From: Octopus sinensis
Lineage: Eukaryota
Assembly: GCF_006345805.1 (NCBI RefSeq)
Contig: NC_042999.1
Span: 87,110,001-87,174,000, forward strand
Reading direction: 5' to 3'
DNA length: 64,000 bases
Shown here: positions 23,785-37,588 of the stretch, in pieces
Layout of the letters: every line of letters begins with the position of its first letter
How positions within the stretch are numbered: position 1 is the first letter of the stretch
Notes under the pieces: model-generated
Told to the model about the DNA's origin: nothing
What the model saw: only the letters and a program-made list of their open reading frames with translations
Databases searched by the model: none
Translations under genes and position numbers: made by a program

Positions 23785-24063
23785 CAGTGGTTCTCAACCA
23801 TTTTTTGCTTGTGGATCCCTTTGATTCCTATTTTACTGTACTGGACCTCAATAGCCCTCTCAATGTATTCTTTTACTTTCTTGTTTCAGTCATTTGACTG
23901 TGGCCATGCTGGAGCACCACCTTGTATTTTCATGATTAAATATCATTAAGAATTGTATAAAAAAACATTTTTAATATTTTGTGTATTGTATAAGCAATTT
24001 ATTGCACATCAAAATCTTATTTGAACTCCCAAACGTCATATGGACCCCAGTCGAGAACCACTA
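23785..24063. mobile_element. hAT/Charlie-type MITE with a nested SINE 3' fragment
   Basis: TIRs CAGTGGTTCTCAAC / GTCGAGAACCACTA; flanks ctttagggg and ctttaggg (8-bp TSD plus one slipped G); SINE A tail at about 23865-23922. Confidence 0.8.
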
Positions 24064-25699
24064 CTTTAGGGTAAACATTTGTGTGTTGAGGGTGCTGATG
24101 TACTGTCTCTGAACGATAGGTCAGTGTCTTACCAAGAGATGAAGTAACTCTGTAGGTGTTTTGGTGCCTTCCACTGTGGCACCAGAGCTACACTAAGTTA
24201 TCCACCAATGAAGGTGAGAAAACTCCCACACAACATCACAAGCTGAGATTTCATGTATTTAAATGGATTAAATTTTGTTCAAATTGTTTAAAGTTTGTGC
24301 AGTGCCTCCAGATATTAGTACCCTAAACAATCATCTAGTTTTCCTAGCATGTAGTGTTAGTCCTATTTGAGATCAAATCTTTGCTGGATACTCAACTATA
24401 TGTCAAATCTAATATGAATTCAGTTGATCATATTTGCCAACTACAACTTCTCTTCTAATCTCACCATGTAAAGTCGAATATAAATCCAACTTTCTATTGA
24501 TAATGATATTTGTAAGGTAAAATAATTTTGTATGCTCTGAGGTAATATTAATTCTGACATTTCAAACACAAACCTCTTCTATGGCCAAGAAAGGAAGAAG
24601 CCTGCTTCATATGTCAAAAGTAACTCCTAATGGTTCACAAACCTGTTTTATTCTACGAAGTCTATCATCTTTTCTCTCTTTTCTGACGTCATTACTTCTC
24701 TCAAAGTCTACATTTTTGTTATGTTTTTGTTATTGACATATTGACACATCCACAAACCTTTATCAATATATTGGTGAATTTTTATTTATTTACTTTTTTT
24801 GTGACACATCTGATACATACTGCAAACATAGTGATCTTAGATTAATCTTTTCTAAATATAGATAGACTCAACTTCTACACTTCTCTATTCCTGTCAGTCA
24901 CTTTTCTCCTTCATTCTTTATCTAATTATTTATCTCTAGCTATCCATCAGTCTTCTTACATGTGTATTTACTTAAAAGTCAAAATTGTATATCAATATAT
25001 CTGTAAATTTTTCAGTATGTATATTCAATCACACTGACGCACACAGATATACATGAACACACACACACACACACACTGATGTCTCTGTGTGTAAGTGTAA
25101 ACACGTTATAAACTCACTGTAAACATGGACAGTTTGAAGTATTTTTTTTTTATACATTAGTTAACCCTAGAAGGCAAAGCTGTGCTTATTGACATAGGAT
25201 AGGATAACTCAATGAAAATTATGCTGTTACTATTTAGAATTCTTGTAAGCGCAAGGCTGAAAAGCATGCCAGAAGAATGCAATTATGGGGAAGAAGAGTT
25301 AAGTTAAATTGTTCAGAATGTGTCAAAAAAGGAATTGATATGCAAGTAGTGCGAGTAAGGACATGAAGTCAATGTCTTGTAAAAGTCAACAGCCTATTTT
25401 TTTGCCAAAAAATCTGGATTTTTCTGTATGTCTCATGTACAAGTTAATCCTAGTTCTTCACAGATAACGGATTAATATATGCAAGTTAAAAAATTATACC
25501 ATGTATGATATATATTATATGGAAATGAATTATTCTATGTTAAGGTATCATCAGTATGCATTTTGATGTACAATTTATCCAAACATTAGTTTACAGATTT
25601 CTTAAAGTTCATTACTGAACAATGGAATACAGTTGTATTGTTGTGGTTTTAAAATTTCACTGTAATTTTGTGTTAAAATCTTCTCCAGTGGAAAAAAAA

Positions 25700-26640
25700 T
25701 ACAACAGCTTTGAAACAAGATGTAATTGAAGTTACTGAGAAGACAAATAACTGTATTGTATGCATCAACAGAATTCTGTGTTTCAGAGAAACAAATGAAA
25801 AGCTAGAGAAAAATATCAAATATAGTTTAGACAATGTTTAAAGGGAAATGTGCTCACAGCAGTAAACCAAACTGGTGTTTACAATTGATGAAAAATGTTG
25901 CAGAGTGGGTGCTTAAAAATTCTCAAAATAGGAACTGTGTTATTCATGGTCTCTTCTAAATCCAAGTACAAAAGGAAGCAACAAAAGATGGAAGTTTGGA
26001 TTTTAAAGTAAGTGATGGATGGTGCACCAGGTTCATGAATTGGTATGACTTACTAATTTGGAAGAGAACTAAGATTGCACAAAAGCTATCTGCTGGTATA
26101 GATGATTAAATATTAGCTTTAGTTTCACCAATTTGTAATCAGAAATCAACAGAAGAAAAGCTACAAGCTATCATATAAAGGAACATAGAGGAAATGCCTA
26201 TTACTCTTGACATATCAGAGAATTGAGCCATGAACCAAAAAGGAGGGAAAAAAAACAGTATTACTGAGAACTACTGGCCATGAGAAAAGTAGGACTACTT
26301 TCGTTCATTCTTGTATGGTTGATAGTACTATGTTAAAATTAACAGTTGTTGATAGAAAAATTCTGCTAAAGGAGAAATTTTCAAAAGGAATTGTCATCTA
26401 TATACATTCACAAAAGTAGATGGATGAGAATGGATGGAAAAAGAGATAGAGAAAGTTTGGAATTCACAATTTGGTAGATTATGAAAGGAAAAAGTGTTTG
26501 CTTTTCTGGGACCTGTTTAGGCCATATCTAGTGAAGAATACTATTGATAATGTCTGATCACAAAACACTGATATGGTGTTGTGTTTTTACATATTTTTAT
26601 CAATATTGGTATTTAAAGCCTTAAGCTGCATTGAATTAAT
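25700..26640 (+). mobile_element. pogo/POGK-like DDE transposase remnant
   Basis: DFKVSDGWCTRFMN (25999), KRTKIAQKL, FHQFVIR, LRTTGHEK (26270), WMDENG and LLFWDLF, in pogo CENPB-HTH plus DDE_1 order, with many stops and frameshifts. Confidence 0.85.
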
Positions 26641-27464
26641 TAGGGAAAAAATAAAGCACTGAGAAACAGTACCTCTGATCAATGTGATTTTAACCACAAA
26701 TACGAAAATAATATAGTCATAGAGTTATGATGTATAAAACACTGACCAGGTAACATTAAAACATACCAACAACTGAACAGGTATCAGCTATCTGTATATT
26801 ATTACAACAAGTTAGTGGTAATATGCAATAATTATGAGACATAAATTGATTTCACTTTGCTAGTCTGTTGAATGTGATTGATAGAGGTAAAAGAGCAAGT
26901 GTAAATATTTATAAGAGTTATGCAGCCTTCTTTATGGTTGCTGTTACTTAGTAGGATGTATGTTTTGGTGCATAAAATTGGAATGATTACTGTATTCAAT
27001 GTGAATTTTTTTTTATTCGTTTAAAGATGGTTTTGGCTTCTGTTACTGATATTGCATTTTGGATTCTAGCATGAATTTAAGTCCCTCAAAAGTAGTATCT
27101 ATGAAATAGCCAGCCCCATTAATTTAACTCTTAAATAAATGGTTTAAAAAAAATTCAACTTTTACGGGAGTATATGCTGTAGCTTTTAATAGAGAGAACA
27201 CACAACAAGCAAGTTCCTGATGAGCCAGTGTAGTATATTGGTAAAGGGCAATGATGTGGCATGGTGTGTGTGTGTGTGTGTGTTTGTTGATCATAGGGGT
27301 GGCCACTTTATATATGCATTTACTCCAATTGAAGATATGCACAGACCAATTAAAACCTATACTATGCTACTGGTAGAGTGCACTCAGTGGATAGTTAAGT
27401 GAGTATTCTAATTATAAATACATGTACCCACCTTCATCTCTGCTCTATTCTCTGCCTGTAGAGG

Positions 27465-27712
27465 TATGTAGATTAGTGGTTGGCATGTTAGACTCATGAT
27501 CGTAAAATTGTGGTTTCAATTCCAGGACTGTGCGACATGCGTTTTTGAGTAAAACACTTCGTTTCATGTTGCTCCAGTCCACTCAGCTGGCAAAAAACCT
27601 GTGATGGACCAGTGTCCCATCCAGATTGGGAATATATATGCCATGAAACCAGGAAACTACAGCTCTTATGAGTTGGTGTGACTCAAGAAGGTAACTTTAC
27701 CTTACCTTTTTA
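27465..27712 (+). mobile_element. tRNA-derived SINE of a third family
   Basis: tRNA-like head (tagtggtt...ggtttcaattcc), then gttgctccagtccactcagctgg and cctgtgatggaccagtgtcccatccag. Confidence 0.65.
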
Positions 27713-27779
27713 TTCTCTACCTATCCACCTTTTTGTACCATAGGGGTACACCTTGAAACCTCATCTCTACTGCCCTGTC

Positions 27780-28122
27780 TTCTTTCATTGCTAGGTACGA
27801 ATCTATTTTCTCTACTGCAAGACACTTGTTCCTGTCCCTTTTTCCTGCTTTAGAGTCTCTGCACTTGGCAGCAAAAGAAAACCCTTCTCAGTACAGCACC
27901 CACCATTCTGTCTTGTGAGTTACTTGCTGACCCTACAAGTGCTAATGCTACGAAAATGGCTGGTATTAGGAAGGGCATCTAGTCATAGAAACATGCCGAA
28001 GCATACACTAAAGACCACCACAACCCTCAGGCTAGTCAGATCCTGTCAAACTGTTCCACTCAATCCAGCATGGAACAAGGACATTATATGATGATGATAA
28101 TGATGATGATGATGATGATGAT
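27780..28122 (+). mobile_element. RTE-tail-related repeat with (GAT)n tail
   Basis: ggtattaggaagggcatctagtcatagaaac...ccagcatggaacaaggacattatatgatgatg matches the RTE 3' end at 13370-13518. Confidence 0.65.
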
Positions 28123-29469
28123 CACATTGCAGTAATTTGTTTTCAAACAAGTCTCATATAAATCTTTCTATTTCCATCTCAATATTACCTATTTTTTTCT
28201 CTCCTCCTTCCAGTTCTTTACTTATAAATTGAAACTATCTATTGATATATCAATAACACAATCTATGTGACTTTTAGTAAAAAAAAAAAAAGTGTCTCTT
28301 CTCCACTTTTCTTTGTATTGCCTCCTTGCCATTTAAAAGTATCTCAGTAAAGAAGATAACCATCATTTTACATGAGTAGGAAATAACAAGATGACTAGTT
28401 ATTTTTCTCTGGTTGTTTTACTAACAATTAATTCATTTGGTTATACTAAATTACAAAAACCAATTCTTATGTCTTATACAATTATCATAAATTATTTTGT
28501 CATTAATGTATGAGGCACAAAAAAAAACAAAAAAACTGAGCAAATATTGCAACCGTAGTAAAATGTTGTTCATATTCAGTATCTTAATGAGAAATTATAA
28601 TGTGAGAAATATTGATCTGCTTTTGTGTTAGAATTTGATTTAGCAATAAAACCCTAATGAACATGACAAAATATTAATATTTTTCTGTTCACTCTTTGCT
28701 GACATTTGTAAGAAAATGTCAGCAATGAGTCTTGAACTATTAATTTCACATAATAATTGAACTCTCTGAAAAAGGTCAAGTCAGAGTAGCAGATGTATGT
28801 TATTCAGTTATGTCTGTTAAGCATCATAACAAATATAGCTTATGCCACAGCAATTGGTCAACTTTACATCTTTATTTGGATTCCAGTGTTTTTCAATAGA
28901 CATTTCAGGATGTGGATTTAGAGTGTTACTATTTTTAACTGGCAAAAACAACCAGCTCACAAACTGTAGCAGTTTCTCAAAAAGAAAAGGAAAAGAGTTT
29001 TGAAGAACATTCATTTGGCAGTGAATTATTAATTATTTTTTATTACATCAATACATTTATAAATGCTGACTGTGTATGAGACAATGTACCTCTTGGAAGC
29101 AAAAATCCATGTTTCATTTGCATGGAAATCCATATTTGACAGACATTTTACTTTATAAAGAACTAGCATAAAAGCCACCCTTAAAAGCTGTGGAGGGCTA
29201 ATTGGGCTTGCAGCCCCAAACTAAAGAGAGCTAAACAGCATGACTGTAACATATCTATAATGACTATATACCCTGGTGGTGTTTGATCAGAGATTGAGGA
29301 GAGATGAGAATTAATTCTGTAATGCAATCATTCTATTGTTCCAGTCCCAAGTTGAATTCCAACTTTTGGCCAATTTGTCCCAAAGTTCTTATCTCGAAAT
29401 AAAATTAATGAAGCAAATATCATTTATCTCCCACTTGATCTCTGACATCTTTTTTTTACCTTCATCTGT

Positions 29470-29790
29470 TTCCCACTGTTGTGGAGCGCATGAAATTAGA
29501 CTCCTCATCACCATTGTTATGTCTTGTGAAACCTTCATTGCCACTGTTATATCTTGTATGTGTTTGAAATCTTCGTCAACAGGATTTTTAATATTATTTT
29601 TTCAAATCCTTCTTTAATATTTTTACTGTGTGTAGTTCGAAATCCTTCTTCAACAGGATATTTGATATTTTTCTCAGCGTTGCCACTGTTGTATCTTCAC
29701 TGCATGCATTCGAACATTCCTCATCCCCACTGTTGTGTCTTCACTGCGCGTAGTTCGAATCCTCATTGCCACTGTTATGTCCTGCATTAT
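29470..29790. repeat. Degenerate 30-45-bp repeat array (ccactgtt-anchored)
   Basis: ccactgtt/ccattgtt anchors at about 29473, 29511, 29541, 29683, 29727 and 29769, each followed by related tctt...tcgaa...cctcat text. Confidence 0.6.
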
Positions 29791-29953
29791 AACAACATAC
29801 TTCATCATCTGCATGACTGGCCTGAATGATGTACGTCAGCAGCTGACTCCACTCGTATCTGTCCACTAATTATTTGTGGTCAAATAGCCCACTTCTCTCA
29901 CTCAGGGTGTCCTCCACAACAATATATATATACACACACTCACACACACGTAC

Positions 29954-29984
<31 letters not shown>

Positions 29985-30002
29985 TATATACATACGCACA
30001 TA

Positions 30003-32870
30003 CATCATCATCATCATCGTTCAACATCCGTTTTCCATGCTGGCATGATTTGGATGGTTTGACTGAGGTCTGGAGAGCCAGTGGCTGCACCAGGCTCCAA
30101 TCTGAGCTGGCAATGTTTCTACAGCTGAATGCTCTTCCGAACGCCAACATCTCAGAGAGTGTAGTGGGTGTTTTTTATGTGCCACCGGCATAGGAACCAG
30201 TCAGGCAGGCCTGGCATTGATTATGTTCAGATAGTGCTTTTTATGTGCCAGTCAGTGGGTACTGGCATTGGCCACATATGAATGGTGCTTTTTGCATGCC
30301 ACTGGCACGGGAGCCAGTCAGGGGGCACTGGCCACAGCCATGATATTGGTTTTCCTTGACCCAATGGGTCTTCTCATGCATATCATATCACCCGACAGTG
30401 GCTGCAATCTCACTTTAGTTGCTGGGTCTTCTCAATCACAGCATATCTCCAAAGGTCTTGGTCTCCTGTCATTGCCTCTGTGAGGCCCAATTTTCGAAGG
30501 TCATGCTTCACCAACTCATTCCATGTTTTCCTGGGTCTACCTCATCCAAAGGTGCCTTCCACAGTTAGGGAGTGGCATTTCCTCACACAGCTATCCTCAT
30601 TCACATGCAAACCATGACCATACCGGCACAGTCATCTCTCTTGCCCACCACATCTGATGCTCCTTATGTCCAACTTTTCTCTCAGGGTGCTTACACTCTT
30701 GTGTATGTACCCTGACATTACACATCCAGCGGATCATACTAGCTGCATTTCTTTCAAGCCTACGCATGTCCTCAGTAATTGTGGTCCATGTTTCCCTGCT
30801 GTGTAGCATGGCATCGTACAGTCTACTTTTCATCCTGAGTGAGAGGCTCTTAGTCACCAGTAGAGGTAGGAGCTCCCAGAACTTTGCCTAGGCTATTCTT
30901 ATTCTAGCCACTACACTCTCAGAGCAACCACTCCCACTACAGACTTGGTCACCTAGGTAGCAGAAGCTATTAACTACTTCCAGTTTCTCCCCTGGCATGT
31001 GATGGAATCTGTTTTCTGTACATCTTCAGTGTTTATTACATCTGTGCATCTGCCACACACAAAAATTATTTTCCCTGTTAACCTTTCTTTGATATTTCTG
31101 CACATTTTATGTGTCCATAGGTTTACACCAGGTACATTGTATGGAGTTCCTACCTACACCTTTTCTACGGATTGAGCAAGGCCATCTACCTGAAGGGGTT
31201 TGTGATTTGATAGCCTTCCTACTTACTATGACTTTGGTTTTTGCTAGGTTAACTCCAAGGCCCTTCAATTCTAGACCTTGCTTCCACACCTGAATTTTCT
31301 TCTCTAGTTCTGGTAGTGACTCAGCTATTAAAGCAAGATCATCAGCACAGAGGAGCTCCCAGGGGTAGCCTGTCTTGAATTACTCTGTTATTGCGTGGAG
31401 AACTATAATGAATAAGAGGAGACTGAGGCTAACTCTCTTCCTAATTAGTTGGGCTATGACCCTCTCAGTAACTTTCATCACCTGATCCAATAATTTGATA
31501 CCCCTATAGTTATTTCTGTTTAAGGCATCACCTTTACCCTTGTAGTAGTTGACTATGGTGCTGCTACACCAGTCATTGGATATGACTCCTTCATGAACTA
31601 CCTGATTTGCAATACAAGTGACAAGACCATAACCCACACTGCCCAATATTTTAAGCATCTCAGCATTGATTCCTGGTGGGCCAGGTGCCTTCCCTGTCTT
31701 CATATTCTTAATTGCTTTATCTACCAGTGTACTGTTGATTCGGGTAGCTGGTCCCTCAATTGGGTCAACCTTTGGCAGACTCTCCTCCTCCCATTCAATC
31801 TCCACATTCAGCAGCCTTTCATAATGGCATCTCCAAGCCTCTTTCTTTGCAGAATCATTAAACGCAAGGGCACCATCATCCATGGGGACATGCCTCTCCT
31901 ATGACATCACTGTTTTCCCTCACATACTGTCTTGCAATCCGAAATGCTTCAGTTCTCTGGTCCTCACATTGCTGAACATTGGTAAACTATTTCTTTTCTG
32001 CTACTCCCTTGGATATATATACCTGTCTCCTAGCTTTCCTTTTGGCTATCTGATACATTCTCCTGCTACCCCCACTCTTCCAGGGCTTCCAAGCCTGTTT
32101 CTTTTCTCTAATGGCCCTGTCTAGAATATTGTTCCACGACCATGTTACCCTAGGTCTGGAAGTGACATTGCACCAGCTGCAGATTTGGTCTGTGGCACTC
32201 AACAAGCTGTCTCGCAGGAATTCCCAGCTGCCTTCTATGTCACAAGACTATAGCTCCTCCTCTCTACCATCAAATTTCTCGGTAAGGATATCCCTAAATC
32301 TCTGATCATGTGAAAGGTTCTTAAGCTTCCAAAGCCTTCTTTTCCAGATTGGTCTGCTTTTTGGCATACTTCTGGCCTCGAGTCTCAAGTCACTAATAAC
32401 TAGTCTATGTTGCAGGGTACATTCTTCACCAGGGAGGGTCTTTGTATTTAAGAGCAACCATGCATCCTGCTCTCTGGTGAGAATGAAATCAATCTGGCCA
32501 ACAGAGTCACCTGATTGATAGCTGGCTTCCTGGAGTTGGTGTAGCAGATTAATAGGTTATTTGTATCACAGAACTCCAGGAGCCTAGTTCCTTCTTCATT
32601 TCTGGTAGCAACTCCATGGTCCCCATGTACACCATGGAAGATGTACACCACAAAGACAAGATCATTGTCACTCGCCTTTGAGGTAGCCTGCAGAAGAATA
32701 TCATAAAAGTGATCCTTCTGTTCATTTGGTAGGCCTGCTTGTGGGGCGTAGGCAGAGATAATTGTAGCTATACTATTCTGCAAGACTAGCCTGAGTTTAA
32801 TACTCTATCACACACACCCTCACTACCTCTATGACTTATCCACCCATTTCTCTGCAAGAAGTATGCCCAT
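30003..32870 (-). mobile_element. RTE-clade LINE, decayed, with an internal RT deletion
   Basis: (CAT)n tail at 30003, 3' UTR, C4HC3 finger, RT at 31380-31883 jumping from RKRVSL to SLLLFIIV (about 100 codons lost), endonuclease at 32248-32870. Confidence 0.95.
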
Positions 32871-32871
32871 A

Positions 32872-33058
32872 GGCGCAGGAGTGGCTGTGTGGTAAGTACC
32901 TTGCTTACTAACCACATGGTTCCGGATGCAGTCCCACTGCGTGGCATCTTGGGCAAGTGTCTTCTGCTATAGCCTCGGGCCGACCAATGCCTTGTGAGTG
33001 GATTTGGTAGACGGAAACTGAAAGAAGCCTGTCGTATATATGTATATATATGTATATA

Positions 33059-33119
<61 letters not shown>

Positions 33120-33329
33120 TTGTGTGTCTGTGTTTGTCCCCCTAGCATTGTTTGACAACCGATGCTGGTGTGTTTACGTCCCTGTCACTTAGCAGTTCGG
33201 CAAAAGAGACCAATAGAATAAGTACTGGGCTTACAAAGAATAAGTCCTGGGGTCGATTTGCTCGACTAAAGGCGGTGCTCCAGCATGGCCGCAGTCAAAT
33301 GACTGAAACAAGTAAAAGAGTAAAAGAGT
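32872..33329 (+). mobile_element. SINE family A, full-length young copy
   Basis: GGCGCAGGAGTGGCTGTGTGG head to GAGTAAAAGAGT tail; abuts the truncated 5' end of the RTE. Confidence 0.92.
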
Positions 33330-33391
33330 ATATATATATATATACATATATGTATATATTATATCTTTGTGTGTATATATATATGTGTGTG

Positions 33392-33436
<45 letters not shown>

Positions 33437-33452
33437 ATATATATACACACAA

Positions 33453-33672
33453 GGCAGAAACGTTAGCATGCCGGGCGAAGTGCTTAGCGGTATTTCGTCT
33501 GTCATTACGTTCTGAGTTCAAATTCTGCTGAGGTCGTCTTTGCCTTTCATCCTTTCAGGGTCGATAAATAAAGTACCAGTTTCGCACTGGGGTCGATGTA
33601 ATCGACTTAATCCCTTTGTCTGTCCTTGTTTGTTCCCTCTATGTTTAGCCCCTTGTGGGTAGTAAAGAAATA
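33453..33672 (+). mobile_element. SINE family B, well preserved
   Basis: ggcagaaacgttagcatgccgggcgaagtgcttagcgg...gagttcaaattc...gtagtaaagaaata. Confidence 0.88.
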
Positions 33673-33849
33673 TATATATATATATGTATATTTATGTATA
33701 TATATGTATTTGTATATATATATATATATAAATTAATATGTTCAATAAGAAAGAATTATTTTCGAAATTTTTTCTTTTATGAGGTTTTTCACGCTATCTA
33801 CCCGATAATTTCTTGTTAAGTTTTCCTTATTAAGAGGTTGTCCTTAATT

Positions 33850-33851
33850 GC

Positions 33852-33887
<36 letters not shown>

Positions 33888-33908
33888 GTATATATATGTA
33901 TGTATATA

Positions 33909-33953
<45 letters not shown>

Positions 33954-33978
33954 TTATGTATATATATGTATGTATATA

Positions 33979-34019
<41 letters not shown>

Positions 34020-34030
34020 GCATGTATATA
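33850..34030. repeat. Compound (TA)n/(TG)n microsatellite
   Basis: Direct reading. Confidence 0.95.
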
Positions 34031-34257
34031 TTAGCTGTTGGACCCAGCGTTACTTGTGTTTTCCGTGTTGAAGTTAAGCCCACCTCTGACCTTGTAATGA
34101 AATCTTCTACATTCCCTGTGCCAACTATTACCCATTAAGATGCTATGTCTGGTTCAGCAGGCTGTTGCAGGATAAGTAGACGTGTGGCAGGTAGAAGAAA
34201 AAATGGTCAGAGCAGGTGACAGAGTTTTGTTGACAGAGTGGGTTCTTGCAGATACCA

Positions 34258-34664
34258 CATTTCTGAGAGTGACACTTGTGGCAGGTCTTCCAGATTGCTC
34301 ATCATCTTCCAGGGCTGTTCTTCCACTATTAAAGTGCTTGTGCCACTCGAAACATTGCGTATGACCCATTGCCTTGTCGCCATAAGCTTATCAAAACATG
34401 CTGAATGTCTCTGTAGCAGACTTCCCAAGTTTAATACAAAATTTCACATTGGCTCTTTGTTTCTGTCCACAACAAATTTGCAGACTACAGCATACACATA
34501 CCCACAAAAACACAAATTTCACAACTTGCCAAGTAAACAAAACAATATCACTTGGTACACTGCTTCATGAAGGTCACTGCTAGCTCTCACTGCATACACA
34601 ACTGTTTGCTGCCATCTCTTAGCACACTACAAAATTAGTCTGGTAACTTTTTGATACTACCTTG
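34258..34664 (-). mobile_element. Mariner left end with TIR and N-terminal HTH
   Basis: TA|CAAGGTAGTATCAAAAAGTTACCAGAC terminus, then QRANVKFCIKLGKSATETFSMF**AYGDKAMGHTQCFEWHKHFNSGRTALEDDEQSGRPATS. Confidence 0.9.
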
Positions 34665-34683
34665 TACATCCCCTGTAACTTAT

Positions 34684-34825
34684 TTCACCAAAAGAGACTG
34701 ATAAAATAAGTACCAGGCTTTAAAAAAGACTAAGTACTGGGATTGACTTGTTTGACTTACACCCTTTATGATGGTGCCCCAGCATGGCCACAGTTCAGTG
34801 ACTGAAACAAGTAAAAGATAAGAAT
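34684..34825 (+). mobile_element. SINE family A 3' fragment
   Basis: aagagactgataaaataagtacc...cagcatggccacag...gaaacaagtaaaag. Confidence 0.75.
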
Positions 34826-37370
34826 ATATAAATCCTCATTTATTTATTTGTTTGTTTCTTAATACATTTACAAAAAAATAACCATAAATACATATTTCTT
34901 TGTATCTGATAATAGCAGACACCCAAAATGCAAGAGAAACTATGAATTATGTCAGTTATCTCATTATGTTAGTACACATATAATGAGTAGCTGACTGAAA
35001 TTGTCATTGAAATACTACTTTCATATGTGGCATAAAATTGCTGCTAAAACAATGTACAAAAGAAAAAAGGGATATATGTAATAGGAAAATATTCTTCTTA
35101 TGATCCAACAAATGGAGCATTCTACTAAAAGCTTCTACCCTTATATAATTATTTAGGACAGCAAATAAACACTGCTGTAGAGGTTAGCTGTCCAGCAGAT
35201 GCAAATATTTCATTTAAAATCAGTAACACTGCAAACATTAAACCCAGATTATAAGTTTACATTTGTAATGATAATCATTGAGGTACTTGGTTATGTTACA
35301 AATTGTTTAAATAACAAGCTGACTTTCCAACAAAGAAATAAACCATCAGACACAGCAACTCTCAAGTGAGAGGCACTTGGCTCCCAGGGGTAGAATTTCA
35401 AATCTAAAGAAAAGAATTTTAGCCAGTGAAGGAATTGGAGAAGAATGTTAAATCTAAGGTAAGGAATTTTAGCCAGTGGAGAATTGGATAGGAATTTCAA
35501 TCAAAGAATGATCTCCAAACTGAAAAAGAATGTATCTTGTGCACTTTATATATCAAATGAAATATCAATATACACAACTATCAAGACAATCACAAGCCAA
35601 CATTTCTCGAAAAGGAATTGCTGCTTCAGATTTAATCCCATTTGGGATGATCACTTATTGAGATTTAGGAAACCTGCTCATGGTCATATGATATTCAAGT
35701 TCAGCAAATGCTTTTGACTTTTTCATTTACATACTTAGTTAAGTGTGCTTTTAGTGCTGTTGTGCATATACTAATTAAAAAAAACAAGAATGTATCAACA
35801 TTTGTGAATGTAGGGACCTTTGAGCAAAACTAACTGGATTTGTTCTTTGGGTATTCTTGTTTAATTTTTCTGCACTCAGTCCAAAATGGACATTAAATTA
35901 AAGGGAAGTTTTTATGATCCATTGAAATAAGATTTCTTTTTTTATATATATAAATATATGATTTTAATTAAAATTATTAGTTTCAGAAATTTTTTTGCAA
36001 TAAATGCCACTGTAAAAGTGTAATGGTGCAAAAATTACAAAATGACAAATCAAAATGGGGAGGAACTGAAAAAACTTTGGATCCCATGGGGAGGAATGTA
36101 TCTGGACACTGAAAACCACTGATTTGGCACATATTCTACAAATTCAGTCTGTAAGCAGAAGAATGAAAATATGCCAGACTCTTCTACAAGTCAGCATAAC
36201 ATCCTTTGTTATAGTTCTTATCTAAATTCTAGAAACCAATTTCTTCTTAAAGGACATTTTCAAAAAATTAAAAATAAGAAATATTCATAAAATCTTATAT
36301 ACAGGATTCTAGCCTCTCCCATAACGACTGATGTCACAATTTAATGTTTATAATTTTGCAGTTTAATAACAAAAAAATATAGATATGAACTAGAGAGGCC
36401 TTTAAATACTCATAGAAGTAAATGTTATGTTAGCTATATCACAATTCTATGATAGTCATTACACTTATAATATTTTTTTCATTATAACATGATGCTCTTG
36501 AAAAAGCAATGATATCTATAGAAATTACTTCCTTATATGATAGAAACATTACACTGAAATCTCTGCTCAACATATTTGATAATATCACCAAAGAAAAAAA
36601 CAAGTCGGGTCCAATCAGTTACTCAATAAAAATTGTTATTTCTTCCAATGTCAATAAAAACAAAATTATTTGTGGACAGTTGTTTTGGAATCTAGAATGC
36701 CTATAATCTGATTGAAGGACAACATTCATACCTATAATCAATGAAGTTCTTGGTTATATTAGAAAATACTTAAGCAATAAGCAAAAGTTTTTGTTGACAA
36801 AAGTAAAAAAAATCTTGAAAGTCAAATTCTATTAAATTTAGTCAGTATGTAGGGAAGATAGCAAAAAATAAGCAAATGTTTTCTATGATTTTGTATAAAA
36901 CTTTACACAGTTCATGCTGCAGAATTCCAGGGAAGTTTACTTTTAGTTTGTTATTTAATTATGAACCATCTTATTTGTGGACAAAAGTTAAAAAATATGA
37001 TGACACAGATATATACAGAAATAACTAAAAGTAGTTTCTGAAAAAGAAAATACCAGCTACATAACTAATAACTAATAACAAGGCTAAATAAAACGTTAAG
37101 AGCTAATCAAACCTTGTTTTGAAACATTTAAAAAAAAATCCTGTAACTTAAAACAGTGGGAAATAATTTGACAGAAAGGAAATAGTTGTGACCTTGATAA
37201 ATTAAAAGAAACAGGAACATGGTATTATTTGGTATTGTAAAAATATGAATAAGTAGAAATTTGAAACTACATGCATAATGTAATAAGAACCCAAGCATCT
37301 TACGAAAACAAATCCTCAGTTTTTCAAATATTGATTTGTTGCATAGGCACAAAGTCATAAGCGTAGTTGG

Positions 37371-37588
37371 TTAACCCTTTAACAATTAAACAATTATAAA
37401 CCAAAATATTCTACCAGTTTTATGTTGAAACCAGCCAGATCCAGCCTCTCACAATGTCATTATAGAAATAAACAATATCATCATCAAAATTTCAAAGCTA
37501 ATTTCAAGATAATGCATTATTAATTAAAAACAATGTGAATAAATAAGCATTACATTTGAAAGAGTAATATGAATGCTTAAGGATTGAA
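37371..37588. mobile_element. piggyBac-like MITE, decayed
   Basis: TTAA-CCCTTTAACAATT left end and AATGCTTAAGGATTGAA degenerate right end. A similar AAGGGTTTAA end closes 42553-42740. Confidence 0.45.

Noticed and set aside
32872-32945. tRNA genes at SINE heads
   Set aside because: Box A/B are present but there is no complete cloverleaf, and they continue into SINE bodies.
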